Under the pieces are notes generated by a model. The model was not told where the DNA came from and did no database searches. It was given only the letters and a program-made list of their open reading frames with translations. From contig DAOTVL010000005.1 of assembly GCA_034436515.1 (NCBI GenBank), positions 18,500 through 82,499 of the forward strand: DNA of 64,000 bases, in the 5' to 3' direction. Of the stretch, positions 53,267 to 61,982 are shown in pieces. Position 1 is the first letter of the stretch. Every line of letters starts with the position of its first letter. The DNA is from Anaerolineales bacterium (lineage in GTDB: Bacteria > Chloroflexota > Anaerolineae > Anaerolineales > Villigracilaceae). The position numbers and the translations under genes were made by a program.

Positions 53267-55516
53267 TTATGGGCGAACGAACTTGGTCACATCGCCGCCG
53301 AGGATTTCAATTGAGTCAATCAAAACCTGCGCGACGTATTTCGGGTTGTGAACATAGGCGCCGGGGTCTTTGGCGGCGTATTGATAGTTGAAGGCGGCCT
53401 TCAGCAAGTTCGGCGTCCAGGAACGATAGGCGTTCGGGAATATGGCTTCGCCGTCATCCACTTTGCCGTTGGAGTTGGCGTCGATAAAGAAATAGGGATA
53501 AGCGGCTGGGCTGTATACGATGCTGTCAATTCCCTTGGATTTGGCGTAAGCCTTAATTTGGGCGTACAAGGCTTCGCGCAGCCCGTCAATTTCCGCGGCG
53601 ACGCTTTCAGTCTTGTCGCCGTCGCCGTCGTAGTCTTCAGCCGTCATGCGAATGGCAGCCATGTCGGTGACGCCTGCGTGGCAGGTAGCGCACTTCTCAG
53701 CCACGTCAATTTCGAGGGCGTGGACGGAGTGGCAGTCGGCGCACTTGGTGGTCGCATGATTGCTCATGCCGACATAGGTTTTGCCGTCGAATTCATACGC
53801 GCCCTGCGCTTCCGTGCCGAAGAGGGTCACGCCAGCGGGGAAGTAGTGAATGTTGCGGAAGCCGAGGAAGACGTCCTGCCCCTGGTCGTTCTTGTAGGGT
53901 GCGGGAACGGCGTCCATATCGGTCGGGTTGAAGGCGGCGATGGTTTTGTCCACGCTGGCTTTGGATTCGCGCCCCTGGTGGCACTGCAAGCACAAATTCG
54001 AGCCTTCGCCTTCGCCGAAGGAGACGGTCTTGCCCGAAGGCATGGTCACCTCGTTGACGGCGTGAAGCGCGGGCCAGTTGGCTTCGTCATGGCAGGTGGA
54101 GCACATTAATCCGTTGCCGGCGGGAAGACCAGAGTCGGGAATTTTCTCGCCAGCCAAAACCATGGGCAGGCCGGCGGCGGTGTGGCACTTGGCGCAAGCC
54201 GCTGGCACAACAAAGGGGGCAGCCTCTTCATTGTCCCAATGACGCCAGGATTCGGAGGAGCCGTCGAAGTGACCGGCGTCCACGCGATGCATGGCGGTCA
54301 TGTCGGTCTTGGTCGCCAGTTTGGGCGCGGCGTTCAGGTCTTCAATCGAGTCGTAAAGCAGTTCGATGATGTACTTGCCGCCGTGAGCGAAGGCGCCTGG
54401 GTCCTTCTTGCTGGTCTGGTAATTGTAGGCAGCCTTCAGCATGCGCGGAGTCCAACTTCCGTAAGCGACTTTCTTGCCGTCAGCCTCGTCGGCTGCGCCG
54501 TCGCCGTCAGCGTCGGCGTACCAGTAGGGATGGGAGGCGGCGTCGTACACAACGCCCGCGCCGTTGACTTCCCTGGCGTAGTTCAAAATCGCGGCGTACA
54601 GGGCTTCCTGCAAGCCTTCGATTTCATAATAAACGCCTTCTTCCTTGTCGCCATCGCCGTCATAGTCCATCGCCGATGAAGGCTCGCGGATGTTCTTCAT
54701 GGCTTCGGCGTCTTTGCCTTCTTCGCCGTGACAGATGGCGCAGGTTTCAACCTTGAGTTCCAAACTGTGCGAGTCATGGCAGCCGACGCAGGAATTTGCC
54801 ATATCCACATGGGCGTTCTTTATGTCGTAAGATTTTCCGTCGTATTGATAGCCGCCCGCCGCTTCCGCGCCATACAAGGTGACTGCGGCGGCGTAATAGT
54901 GGATGTTGGCGAAGCCAAGTTTGACTTCATTTCCCTGGTCGTTTTTGTAGGGCGCCGGTACCGCATCCGGGTCGAGGTTCTCGCCGAAGCCGGCAAGGGT
55001 CTTATCCACGCTGGCTTTCGACTGGCGTCCCTGGTGACAGTTAAGGCAGACCTTCGAAGCGCCCGCCTTTTCGGCTGTGACGATAGCGCCGGATGGGAAG
55101 ACGACTTCCGCCTGGGCTTGGGCGGCGTCTCCGTGGCAGGTCTCGCAGGTGAAGGCTGCGCCCGGAGCGGGGACAGCGGCGTCTACTTTCCCATCAGCGA
55201 GGAAATCTTCGAAGCCGGCTGGACTGTGACATTTGGCGCAGGCGGCGGGAATTTCAGCCGGATTTGCCTTGTCCCAGTAGGTGAAAGCCATGGCTGCGGC
55301 GTCGGCGTGGCCCGAAGCCGCAAAGATGGGCTTAATCGCCTCCGCAGGGTCTACCGTTGGGATGGGGGTGGCTGTAGGTGGAACTTGGGTGGGGGCTTCC
55401 GTCGCTTCAACAACAGGAGCCTCGGTGGCGGTGCTGCCGCAGGCGGCTATTAATGCCGTCAGTACAATCAGCGCCCCAGCCAATATTAATGTTCTTTTGA
55501 GCGTCATATTTTGCAT
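53267..55516 (-). CDS. Decaheme c-type cytochrome lipoprotein with internal two-fold duplication
   Basis: Lipobox is LIAACGS, followed by a Thr/Pro linker. Ten CxxCH motifs are present: CAKCH, CETCH, CLNCH, CVGCH, CAICH, CAKCH, CSTCH, CLQCH, CADCH, CATCH. The two halves are colinear. Confidence 0.85.
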   Translation of the reverse strand: MQNMTLKRTLILAGALIVLTALIAACGSTATEAPVVEATEAPTQVPPTATPIPTVDPAEAIKPIFAASGHADAAAMAFTYWDKANPAEIPAACAKCHSPAGFEDFLADGKVDAAVPAPGAAFTCETCHGDAAQAQAEVVFPSGAIVTAEKAGASKVCLNCHQGRQSKASVDKTLAGFGENLDPDAVPAPYKNDQGNEVKLGFANIHYYAAAVTLYGAEAAGGYQYDGKSYDIKNAHVDMANSCVGCHDSHSLELKVETCAICHGEEGKDAEAMKNIREPSSAMDYDGDGDKEEGVYYEIEGLQEALYAAILNYAREVNGAGVVYDAASHPYWYADADGDGAADEADGKKVAYGSWTPRMLKAAYNYQTSKKDPGAFAHGGKYIIELLYDSIEDLNAAPKLATKTDMTAMHRVDAGHFDGSSESWRHWDNEEAAPFVVPAACAKCHTAAGLPMVLAGEKIPDSGLPAGNGLMCSTCHDEANWPALHAVNEVTMPSGKTVSFGEGEGSNLCLQCHQGRESKASVDKTIAAFNPTDMDAVPAPYKNDQGQDVFLGFRNIHYFPAGVTLFGTEAQGAYEFDGKTYVGMSNHATTKCADCHSVHALEIDVAEKCATCHAGVTDMAAIRMTAEDYDGDGDKTESVAAEIDGLREALYAQIKAYAKSKGIDSIVYSPAAYPYFFIDANSNGKVDDGEAIFPNAYRSWTPNLLKAAFNYQYAAKDPGAYVHNPKYVAQVLIDSIEILGGDVTKFVRP

Positions 55517-55726
55517 TCTCCTTGTTTGATATGCTTGCTTTTAAAAACGCTTAAATGTTTCTCCAGATGATGAACCTCCTTTTTTAGGGTATTACGACAA
55601 AATAAGTAATCTTATTTGATTTGTCGTTTCTATAGTATTTTAATGCAAAAGAAGATTAAAAGATAGTTAATGAGGGGAAGGTCCGCTTACATTTTTTCTC
55701 TGAATGTGTTCCATACCTTAAATGGT

Positions 55727-55755
55727 TTGACAACGGCATAAAAGGCTTGTACAAT
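55727..55755 (+). promoter_or_regulatory. Near-consensus promoter of the liv-type operon
   Basis: TTGACA (55727-55732), 17 nt, TACAAT (55750-55755), about 200 nt upstream of ATG 55960. Confidence 0.6.
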
Positions 55756-55959
55756 CTGTAACGGATGTGGCGGAAAAAACAAGAAATTAAAACGATAATG
55801 GAGTAAAATCAAAAGCGGGGTTGGCTTGTTGTAAAAACCGCCCTGCGCCTGTCTGTAATTAAAAATCGAACCGCCGCCGCACAATCATTTCTGAATTTCC
55901 CTCTGGCTTTTGCGACCTTGCTGGATGGTCGTCCAATTACACACAAGGAGAAAAGTAGT

Positions 55960-57141
55960 ATGAAAAAGAGCGCGCAGTTTTTCCGCAAGTGGTTGGTCCT
56001 GCTGGTAGTAAGCCTCATGCTTATTTCCAGCCTGTCGGGTTGTGGCTCCGGAGAGAAAACGCTTAAGGTGGGCTACATCACCGAGCAGACCGGCGTGGAC
56101 GCTTATGTCGGCGCCGCTTCCGTGCCTGCCATGAAGGATTACGTTGATGAAATCAACGCCAAGGGCGGCGTTGGCGGATATAAGATTGAATTGATTGTGT
56201 ACGACACCCGTTCCGAGGTTCCCGATGCGGTGACCGTCGCCAAGCGTTTGATGGACCAGGATAAGGTTGTGGCGATTATTGGACCCTCCTGGTCTTCCGC
56301 AGGGATTCCGCTGGCTGACATTGCGGACGCCGCCAAAGTGCCGATGGTCGCTACGACAGCCTCCAATGTCAACGTGACCGTCTCCGAAGACGGCAAACTG
56401 CATCCCTACATGTTCCGCGTTTGCTTCATTGACCCGTATCAGGGTTACGCTCAGGCGGATTTCGCCTACAACAAACTGGGATTACGCAAAGCCGCCTTCT
56501 TGACCGATGTCGCTTCGCCTTATACGGTCGGTCTGCACAAGTTCTTCAAGGACCATTTCCTTGAGCTCGGCGGAGAAATCGTCGCTGAGGAAGGCTACAC
56601 TCAAGGCGATACGGAATTTCGCGCTCAATTGGCGAAAATCAAGGACGCCGGCGCGGAGCTGCTTGTCGTTGACTCCTACACCTTCAAGGATTTTGGTCTC
56701 GCCGCGCAACAGGCTGAAGCCCTCGGCATGGATATTCAGCTGATGGCTGGCGACGGCGTTTTCGTTCCCGAACTGCTTGAAATGGCTGGACCGCAGCTGG
56801 AAGGCGCGATTGTCACCACCGGCGTTTCGGAAAGCGCCCCTGAATTTGCCGAATTCAACAAAGCGTTCGAAGCCAAGCACGGCGTCCAGGCGAACATCTA
56901 CACTTACTACGGTTTGGACGCGCTGATGGCGATTGAGTACGCCATTGGCGAAGCCGCCAAGAAGGGCGAAGTGACCCCGACCGCCATCCGCGACGAGTTG
57001 GAGAACATGAAGGACGTGCAGCTGTTCACCAGCAAAGTGACGATGGAACCGGATACCCACAACCCCCACAACAAGCCGCTGCTGATTATGACCATCAAAA
57101 ACAGCCAGTGGGAGCTCACCGAAACCTTCCAACCCCAGTAA
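55960..57141 (+). CDS. Branched-chain amino-acid type ABC transporter substrate-binding lipoprotein (LivK/LivJ family)
   Basis: RBS is aaggagaa. Lipobox is LSGCGS. The periplasmic binding protein type I pattern fits. Confidence 0.8.
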   Translation: MKKSAQFFRKWLVLLVVSLMLISSLSGCGSGEKTLKVGYITEQTGVDAYVGAASVPAMKDYVDEINAKGGVGGYKIELIVYDTRSEVPDAVTVAKRLMDQDKVVAIIGPSWSSAGIPLADIADAAKVPMVATTASNVNVTVSEDGKLHPYMFRVCFIDPYQGYAQADFAYNKLGLRKAAFLTDVASPYTVGLHKFFKDHFLELGGEIVAEEGYTQGDTEFRAQLAKIKDAGAELLVVDSYTFKDFGLAAQQAEALGMDIQLMAGDGVFVPELLEMAGPQLEGAIVTTGVSESAPEFAEFNKAFEAKHGVQANIYTYYGLDALMAIEYAIGEAAKKGEVTPTAIRDELENMKDVQLFTSKVTMEPDTHNPHNKPLLIMTIKNSQWELTETFQPQ

Positions 57142-57157
57142 AGCTTGAATTCACTGC

Positions 57158-57190
57158 GGGGGTGTTTGCAGCCTGCAAACACCCCCTTTT
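57158..57190 (+). terminator. Intra-operon hairpin / partial terminator after the binding-protein gene
   Basis: 14-bp perfect stem GGGGGTGTTTGCAG / CTGCAAACACCCCC, then TTTT. Confidence 0.6.
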
Positions 57191-57212
57191 GATTTTGAAA
57201 GGGAAACGCATT

Positions 57213-58088
57213 ATGGAATTATTCATCCAGCAACTGGTGAGCGGCATTTCGATTGGCGCGATTTATTCCCTGCTGGCGGTGGGTTATGCGCTGGTTTACA
57301 GCGTCTATAACTTCACCAACTGGGCTTTCGACGGCTTGATGGCGTTTGGCGCGTTCATGGCGTTTACCGCCATCAGTTCGTTTTTCATGCCCTTCTGGAT
57401 TGCCGCGCTTGTCTCGATAGTTCTCACCATTATCCTTTCGGTGGTGACCGAGAAACTGGCGTATAGTCCCCTGCGCGCCCGCAAAGCGCCGCGCCTCTTT
57501 ATGATGATTTCCGCCATGGGCGTAAACCTGGCGACCGTCAATATCCTCAATTTGATTTACGGCGGCGTCTTCCGTAAATTCCCAGTGGAGACCCTGCAGC
57601 CCATCTTCATTCAAGGGGTTTCCATTGGACGCATGGATTTGATTGCGGGCGTCATTTCCTTCTTTGTGCTGGGGCTGCTGTGGGCGTTCCTGTACCGCAC
57701 CAAATGGGGCTTGGGCATCCGCGCCAGCAGTATTGACATTTTGACCGCCTCGCTGATGGGCATCAACAACAACGCTGTCGCCATCGTGGTCTTTGCGGCA
57801 ACCGGCGTGCTTTCTTCGGTGGCTGGCGTCTTTTACGGCATTAAATACGCCGTCTTTCCGATGATGGGGATTGTCACCATCAAAGCCATGATTGCCAGCA
57901 TTGTCGGCGGGCTGGGAAGCCTGCCAGCCGCGGTCGTCGGGAGCATGATTTTAGGCGTTTTGGAAACCCTGGTTTCAGGCTATATTTCCTCCACCTACCG
58001 CGACCTGTTCTCTTTCATGTTCCTTATCATCATTCTGTTGTTCTTCCCCAACGGTTTGATGGGCAAGAGCGGCGAAGAGAAACTATAA
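57213..58088 (+). CDS. livH: Branched-chain amino-acid ABC transporter permease
   Basis: N-terminus is MELFIQQLVSGISIGAIYSLLAVGYALVY, typical of LivH. Confidence 0.85.
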   Translation: MELFIQQLVSGISIGAIYSLLAVGYALVYSVYNFTNWAFDGLMAFGAFMAFTAISSFFMPFWIAALVSIVLTIILSVVTEKLAYSPLRARKAPRLFMMISAMGVNLATVNILNLIYGGVFRKFPVETLQPIFIQGVSIGRMDLIAGVISFFVLGLLWAFLYRTKWGLGIRASSIDILTASLMGINNNAVAIVVFAATGVLSSVAGVFYGIKYAVFPMMGIVTIKAMIASIVGGLGSLPAAVVGSMILGVLETLVSGYISSTYRDLFSFMFLIIILLFFPNGLMGKSGEEKL

Positions 58089-58103
58089 AGAGGACGGCGC
58101 ATC

Positions 58104-59060
58104 ATGGGATACATTAATACAATTATCATTCTCGGCGGCATCAACATCATTGCCGCGCTTGGAGTCGCCATCCTCACCGGTTATACAGGGTTGTTTACCA
58201 TCGGTCACGCGGGATTTATGGCAATGGGCGGGTACATGAGCGCCATCTTCGTCAAGGAACTCGGCGTTCCCTTCCCGATTGCAATCTTAATCGGCGGCGT
58301 TTTTGCGGGGTTGACCAGTTTCATCATTGGCTATCCCGCCTTCCGCAGCCAGCTGCGCGGCGATTATTTTGCCGTCGCCACGCTGGGATTCTCCGAAGCC
58401 ACCCGCCTGTTGTTAAATAATACCCGCGGTTTGGGCGAAAGCATCAATAACGCCGAGAGCGGCGTTGGGACGCTTTTCAAATCCGTTGGACCTTTGCTGG
58501 TTAAATTGGGCGGCGTCTTTGGGTATATGAATCTCCCTAACCCAACCAACGTCGCTGTGGTGGCGATTGCGGTCGTTTTGGCGGTGTTCTTCGCCCACAT
58601 GTTCGTCACCTCGCAATACGGCAAGAACTGTATCGCCGTCAGTCAGGATGAAGTGGCGGCGCAGATGATGGGCGTAAACCTGTTGAAGACCAAATTGATT
58701 GCTCTTTTCATCAGCGCGTTTTACGCTGGCGTAGCGGGCGGATTGATGGCTTTTTATTTCGCCTATCTTACGCCGTCTTTCTTTACCATCACCAAGTCGT
58801 CCGACCTGCTGGCGGCGGTGGTTTTTGGCGGCATCCAGTCGCTTATCGGTCCCATTACCACCGCTTTCATTTTGGTCCTGTTTCCAGAGTTGCTGCGCAC
58901 CTTTGCCGAATGGCGTTTGATTATCTATGGCTTCCTGTTCGTTATCGTCATGATATTCCGCCCGCAGGGTTTGTTTGGCTATGTGGAAATGAATTTTGCG
59001 TTCTTAACCGTCTGGTGGAAGAAACTTTTCCGCCGTGGACAGTCCCCGCAGGAAGGATAG
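58104..59060 (+). CDS. livM: Branched-chain amino-acid ABC transporter permease
   Basis: LivM-type pattern is ILTGYTGLFTIGHAGFMAMGGY. Confidence 0.85.
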   Translation: MGYINTIIILGGINIIAALGVAILTGYTGLFTIGHAGFMAMGGYMSAIFVKELGVPFPIAILIGGVFAGLTSFIIGYPAFRSQLRGDYFAVATLGFSEATRLLLNNTRGLGESINNAESGVGTLFKSVGPLLVKLGGVFGYMNLPNPTNVAVVAIAVVLAVFFAHMFVTSQYGKNCIAVSQDEVAAQMMGVNLLKTKLIALFISAFYAGVAGGLMAFYFAYLTPSFFTITKSSDLLAAVVFGGIQSLIGPITTAFILVLFPELLRTFAEWRLIIYGFLFVIVMIFRPQGLFGYVEMNFAFLTVWWKKLFRRGQSPQEG

Positions 59061-59065
59061 CCGCC

Positions 59066-59848
59066 ATGAGTGATGCGCTCCTCGACGTAAAGAATCTCAC
59101 TGTAGATTTTGGCGGCGTGCGCGCCGTCAACGACGTAACTTTTTCGCTTGAACCCGGCGAATTTGTCGGCTTGATTGGACCCAACGGCGCCGGTAAAACC
59201 ACCATCTTTAACCTCATCACCAACGCTATCCGACCGACCTCAGGCAGTATCGAATTTAAGGGAAAAAGCATTCTCGGTCAATCGCCCGACCGCATTTGTC
59301 AATTGGGAATCAGCCGCACCTTCCAGAATATCCGTCTTTTTCCGCAGATGACCGCGTACGAAAACGTGGAGTTGGGGCTGCATAGTCAACCGCAGTATTC
59401 CCTCGCCGAAGCCTTTGTCCGCACGCCGCGCGCCCGCCGCATCGAAATGGACACCCGTAAAAAGGCGATGGAACTGCTGGAAATGGTCAACTTGAAGGAA
59501 CATTCCCACGCCCGCGCTTCCAGCCTGCCCTACGGTTTGCAGCGCCGCTTGGAAATGGCGCGCGCAATGGCGACCAACCCGGAACTGCTTCTTTTAGACG
59601 AGCCTGCGGCAGGGATGAACGACGACGAATGCAACGACCTGATTAAACTCATCCGTGAAATTCATAGCGCCATGCACTACACCATGATTATGATTGAGCA
59701 TCATATGAACGTGGTGATGGACCTTTGCCGCGATTCCCGCATTTATGTCTTGAACCTCGGCTCTCTGCTGGCGGTGGGAAGCCCGGCGGAAATTCAGAAC
59801 AACCCTGACGTGATTCGCGCTTACCTGGGAGAACGAAAAAATGAATGA
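59066..59848 (+). CDS. livG: Branched-chain amino-acid ABC transporter ATP-binding protein
   Basis: ATG 59066 (MSDALLDVKNLTVDFGG). Walker A GPNGAGKTT, plus LPYGLQRRLEMARA. The longer ORF from 58910 overlaps livM and is rejected. Confidence 0.85.
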   Translation: MSDALLDVKNLTVDFGGVRAVNDVTFSLEPGEFVGLIGPNGAGKTTIFNLITNAIRPTSGSIEFKGKSILGQSPDRICQLGISRTFQNIRLFPQMTAYENVELGLHSQPQYSLAEAFVRTPRARRIEMDTRKKAMELLEMVNLKEHSHARASSLPYGLQRRLEMARAMATNPELLLLDEPAAGMNDDECNDLIKLIREIHSAMHYTMIMIEHHMNVVMDLCRDSRIYVLNLGSLLAVGSPAEIQNNPDVIRAYLGERKNE

Positions 59849-60569
59849 TAAAACGCCCTTGCTTGAAGTTCAAGACCTGTCCGTTTATTACGGCGGGATT
59901 TGCGCGCTTCACCAGGTCAGCCTGCGCGTAAATCAAGGAGAGATTGTTTCAGTCATCGGCGCGAATGGGGCGGGGAAGTCCACCCTGATGAAGACCATCG
60001 TGGCGGTCAAGTCTTTCTCTTCCGGGAAAATCATTTTCAACGGTCAGCCGTTGAAAAAAGAGCCGCATGAGGTCATCAAGGACGGCATTACGCTCTCGCC
60101 GGAAGGACGGCGAATCTTCGCTCCGCTTTCTGTGCGCGAGAACTTGATGGCTGGAGCCTACACCCGCACCGACCGCCATGAAATCGAACAAACGATGCAG
60201 GAAGTGTTTAATCTCTTTCCGCGCCTCAAAGAAAGAATTAATCAGCGCGGCGGCACGCTTTCCGGCGGAGAACAACAAATGCTGGCTGTGGGACGCGCCC
60301 TCATGTCGCGTCCGAAGATGCTCCTCTTGGATGAGCCTTCCTTGGGGCTGGCTCCCATTGTCATCAATTTGATGTTTGAAACCATCGTCCGCCTCAACAA
60401 AGAACTGGGGTTGACCATCCTTTTGGTCGAACAAAACGCCTCGATAGCCCTGGACATTTGTCACCGCGCCTATGTGCTGAAGACCGGCAATATCCAAATG
60501 GAAGGCACGGGACAGGAATTGCTGCACGACCCGCGCGTGATGGAGAGCTACCTCGGCATTACCAAATAA
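59841..60569 (+). CDS. livF: Branched-chain amino-acid ABC transporter ATP-binding protein
   Basis: Walker A GANGAGKST, signature LSGGEQQM, Walker B MLLLDEP. It overlaps livG by 8 nt. Confidence 0.85.
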   Translation: MNDKTPLLEVQDLSVYYGGICALHQVSLRVNQGEIVSVIGANGAGKSTLMKTIVAVKSFSSGKIIFNGQPLKKEPHEVIKDGITLSPEGRRIFAPLSVRENLMAGAYTRTDRHEIEQTMQEVFNLFPRLKERINQRGGTLSGGEQQMLAVGRALMSRPKMLLLDEPSLGLAPIVINLMFETIVRLNKELGLTILLVEQNASIALDICHRAYVLKTGNIQMEGTGQELLHDPRVMESYLGITK

Positions 60570-60590
60570 ATGCGGCGCGCCCGCATCGGA

Positions 60591-60627
60591 AAACGCCGAG
60601 CCTGCCGCGCAGAATCGGCGTTTTTTT
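60591..60627 (+). terminator. Intrinsic terminator of the liv operon
   Basis: AACGCCGA-15 nt-TCGGCGTT, then TTTTTT. It is preceded by a small hairpin ATGCGG-cgcgc-CCGCAT. Confidence 0.7.
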
Positions 60628-60752
60628 GCGCGTTTGTCGCTTCCTCAGAACAAGAACAGAGCAACGTCTTACTTCAGCCGTTTGATTGCGTTTCGCCGCA
60701 ATGGAAATGTGATAGACTCGGCGAAATTTTTTACGCTTTGTAGGAGAAGATA

Positions 60753-61667
60753 ATGAAAGTTCTGGTTAAAGTTCCCGCCACCACCGCCAATCTTGGTCCC
60801 GCATTCGACGCCCTGGGGCTGGCTTTGAATCTTTGGAACGAAACCGAATTTACCCTTACAAATGACCGCAAAATTACCCTCTCGATTGAAGGAGAGGGCG
60901 CGGACGTTTTGCCCGCCGACGCGAACAACTCGATTGTCGACTCGGCTCTGCAAATTTATGACCGCGTTGGAAAGCCCTGCCAAGGCTTGAAAATTCACTG
61001 CCTCAATCGTGTGCCGCTTGGCTCCGGGCTGGGTTCCAGTTCCGCCGCGCTGCTGACGGGGATGTTGGGCGCAAACGCTTTGCTGGGCAGCCCATTTAGC
61101 GATGAACAAATTCTCAAACTGGCGATTGAATCCGAGGGGCATCCCGATAACGTCGCTCCAGCCATGCTGGGCGGGCTGGTCGCGTCCATCGTTTATCAGG
61201 AACGGGTCATCTCATTGAAATTGCCCGCTCGCGCCAACCGCGCTCCCATTCACGTTACTGTGGTTTTGCCCGATTTCGATTTTCCCACAAAACAGGCGCG
61301 CGCCATTCTTCCCAGGCAAGTGGAGCGCAAGGACGCCGTGTACAACATCAGCCGCGCCATCCTGGTGACGGAAGCGCTGCGCACGGGCGACCTTGACCTG
61401 TTGGGGAAAGCCATGAGCGACGCCCTTCACCAGCCCTATCGCATCCCGCTGATTCCGGGCGCGCAGGAGGCAATGGACGCCGCCCGTCAGGCGGGGACGG
61501 CGGCGGTTGCGCTTTCGGGAGCGGGTCCCAGCCTGATAGCCTTTTCGTCGAAGGAAGACCCAAGGGTCGGAACGGCGATGAAGAGCGCCTTCGAGAAAGC
61601 GGGGTTGTCCGCCCGAATTTTCGAACTGGGAACCAGCTACGAAGGCGCTGAAGTTACCATCATTTAG
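60753..61667 (+). CDS. thrB: Homoserine kinase
   Basis: RBS is taggagaag. The GHMP kinase motif is PATTANLGPAFD...PLGSGLGSSSA. Confidence 0.9.
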   Translation: MKVLVKVPATTANLGPAFDALGLALNLWNETEFTLTNDRKITLSIEGEGADVLPADANNSIVDSALQIYDRVGKPCQGLKIHCLNRVPLGSGLGSSSAALLTGMLGANALLGSPFSDEQILKLAIESEGHPDNVAPAMLGGLVASIVYQERVISLKLPARANRAPIHVTVVLPDFDFPTKQARAILPRQVERKDAVYNISRAILVTEALRTGDLDLLGKAMSDALHQPYRIPLIPGAQEAMDAARQAGTAAVALSGAGPSLIAFSSKEDPRVGTAMKSAFEKAGLSARIFELGTSYEGAEVTII

Positions 61668-61682
61668 ATTCGTTGGTATAAT
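61654..61682 (+). promoter_or_regulatory. Candidate promoter of tRNA-Arg
   Basis: TTACCA, 17 nt, TATAAT (61677-61682). The -10 ends 11 nt before the tRNA 5' end. It overlaps the thrB 3' end. Confidence 0.45.
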
Positions 61683-61693
61683 ACCGCCTGTCC

Positions 61694-61765
61694 GCCCCGA
61701 TAGTTCAACGGACAGAACAAGGCACTCCTAAGGCTTAGATGTAGGTTCGACTCCTACTCGGGGCG
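61694..61765 (+). tRNA. tRNA-Arg (anticodon CCT)
   Basis: Hand fold, 72 nt. Acceptor GCCCCGA/TCGGGGC. D stem GTTC/GAAC. Anticodon loop CTCCTAA. T arm GTAGG-TTCGACT-CCTAC. Discriminator G; CCA is not encoded. Confidence 0.85.
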
Positions 61766-61810
61766 CTAGATTTTTTCAAAAAAGATTCATCGTTTTTTAA
61801 TAAAAAAATA

Positions 61811-61884
61811 TTGCATAAATCGCGACTTTATAGTATATTAAAAGCGTTGACCGCTAGGGTGCCCCCCTCACCCTGGCGGTCAAC
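61811..61884 (+). ncRNA. Orphan promoter (TTGCAT-17-TATATT) followed at the predicted +1 by a 39-nt perfect hairpin; candidate small RNA or protein-binding structure
   Basis: -35 at 61811-61816 and -10 at 61834-61839. The hairpin at 61846-61884 is GTTGACCGCTAGGGTG-cccccct-CACCCTGGCGGTCAAC (16 bp, one G-U pair). No ORF follows. Confidence 0.3.
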
Positions 61885-61982
61885 ATTTAATCGCATAATC
61901 AAGGGCGGCGGACTCTTGCCAAATGAATTCGTTTCGCCGCATTTCCAAATTCAGCGGGGGCTTGCTTTTTTTCAACAAATAA

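Noticed and set aside
53348-55453. Plus-strand ORFs (53348-54109, 54182-54679, 54728-55453) opposite the cytochrome gene
   Set aside because: They are Gly/Val/Ala-rich antisense shadows. The minus strand encodes ten CxxCH motifs and a lipoprotein signal.
55756-55959. Known riboswitch or T-box in the liv operon leader
   Set aside because: There is no T-box specifier or antiterminator motif, and no recognisable conserved core of common riboswitch classes by eye. It is reported only as an unexplained long leader.
61846-61884. Hairpin as part of SRP RNA, 6S RNA, tmRNA or RNase P RNA
   Set aside because: I could not find the conserved SRP domain IV motifs, a tRNA-like end with a tag ORF, or RNase P P4 elements. 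The available space (about 130 nt) and sequence do not fit, so it is left as an unclassified candidate.
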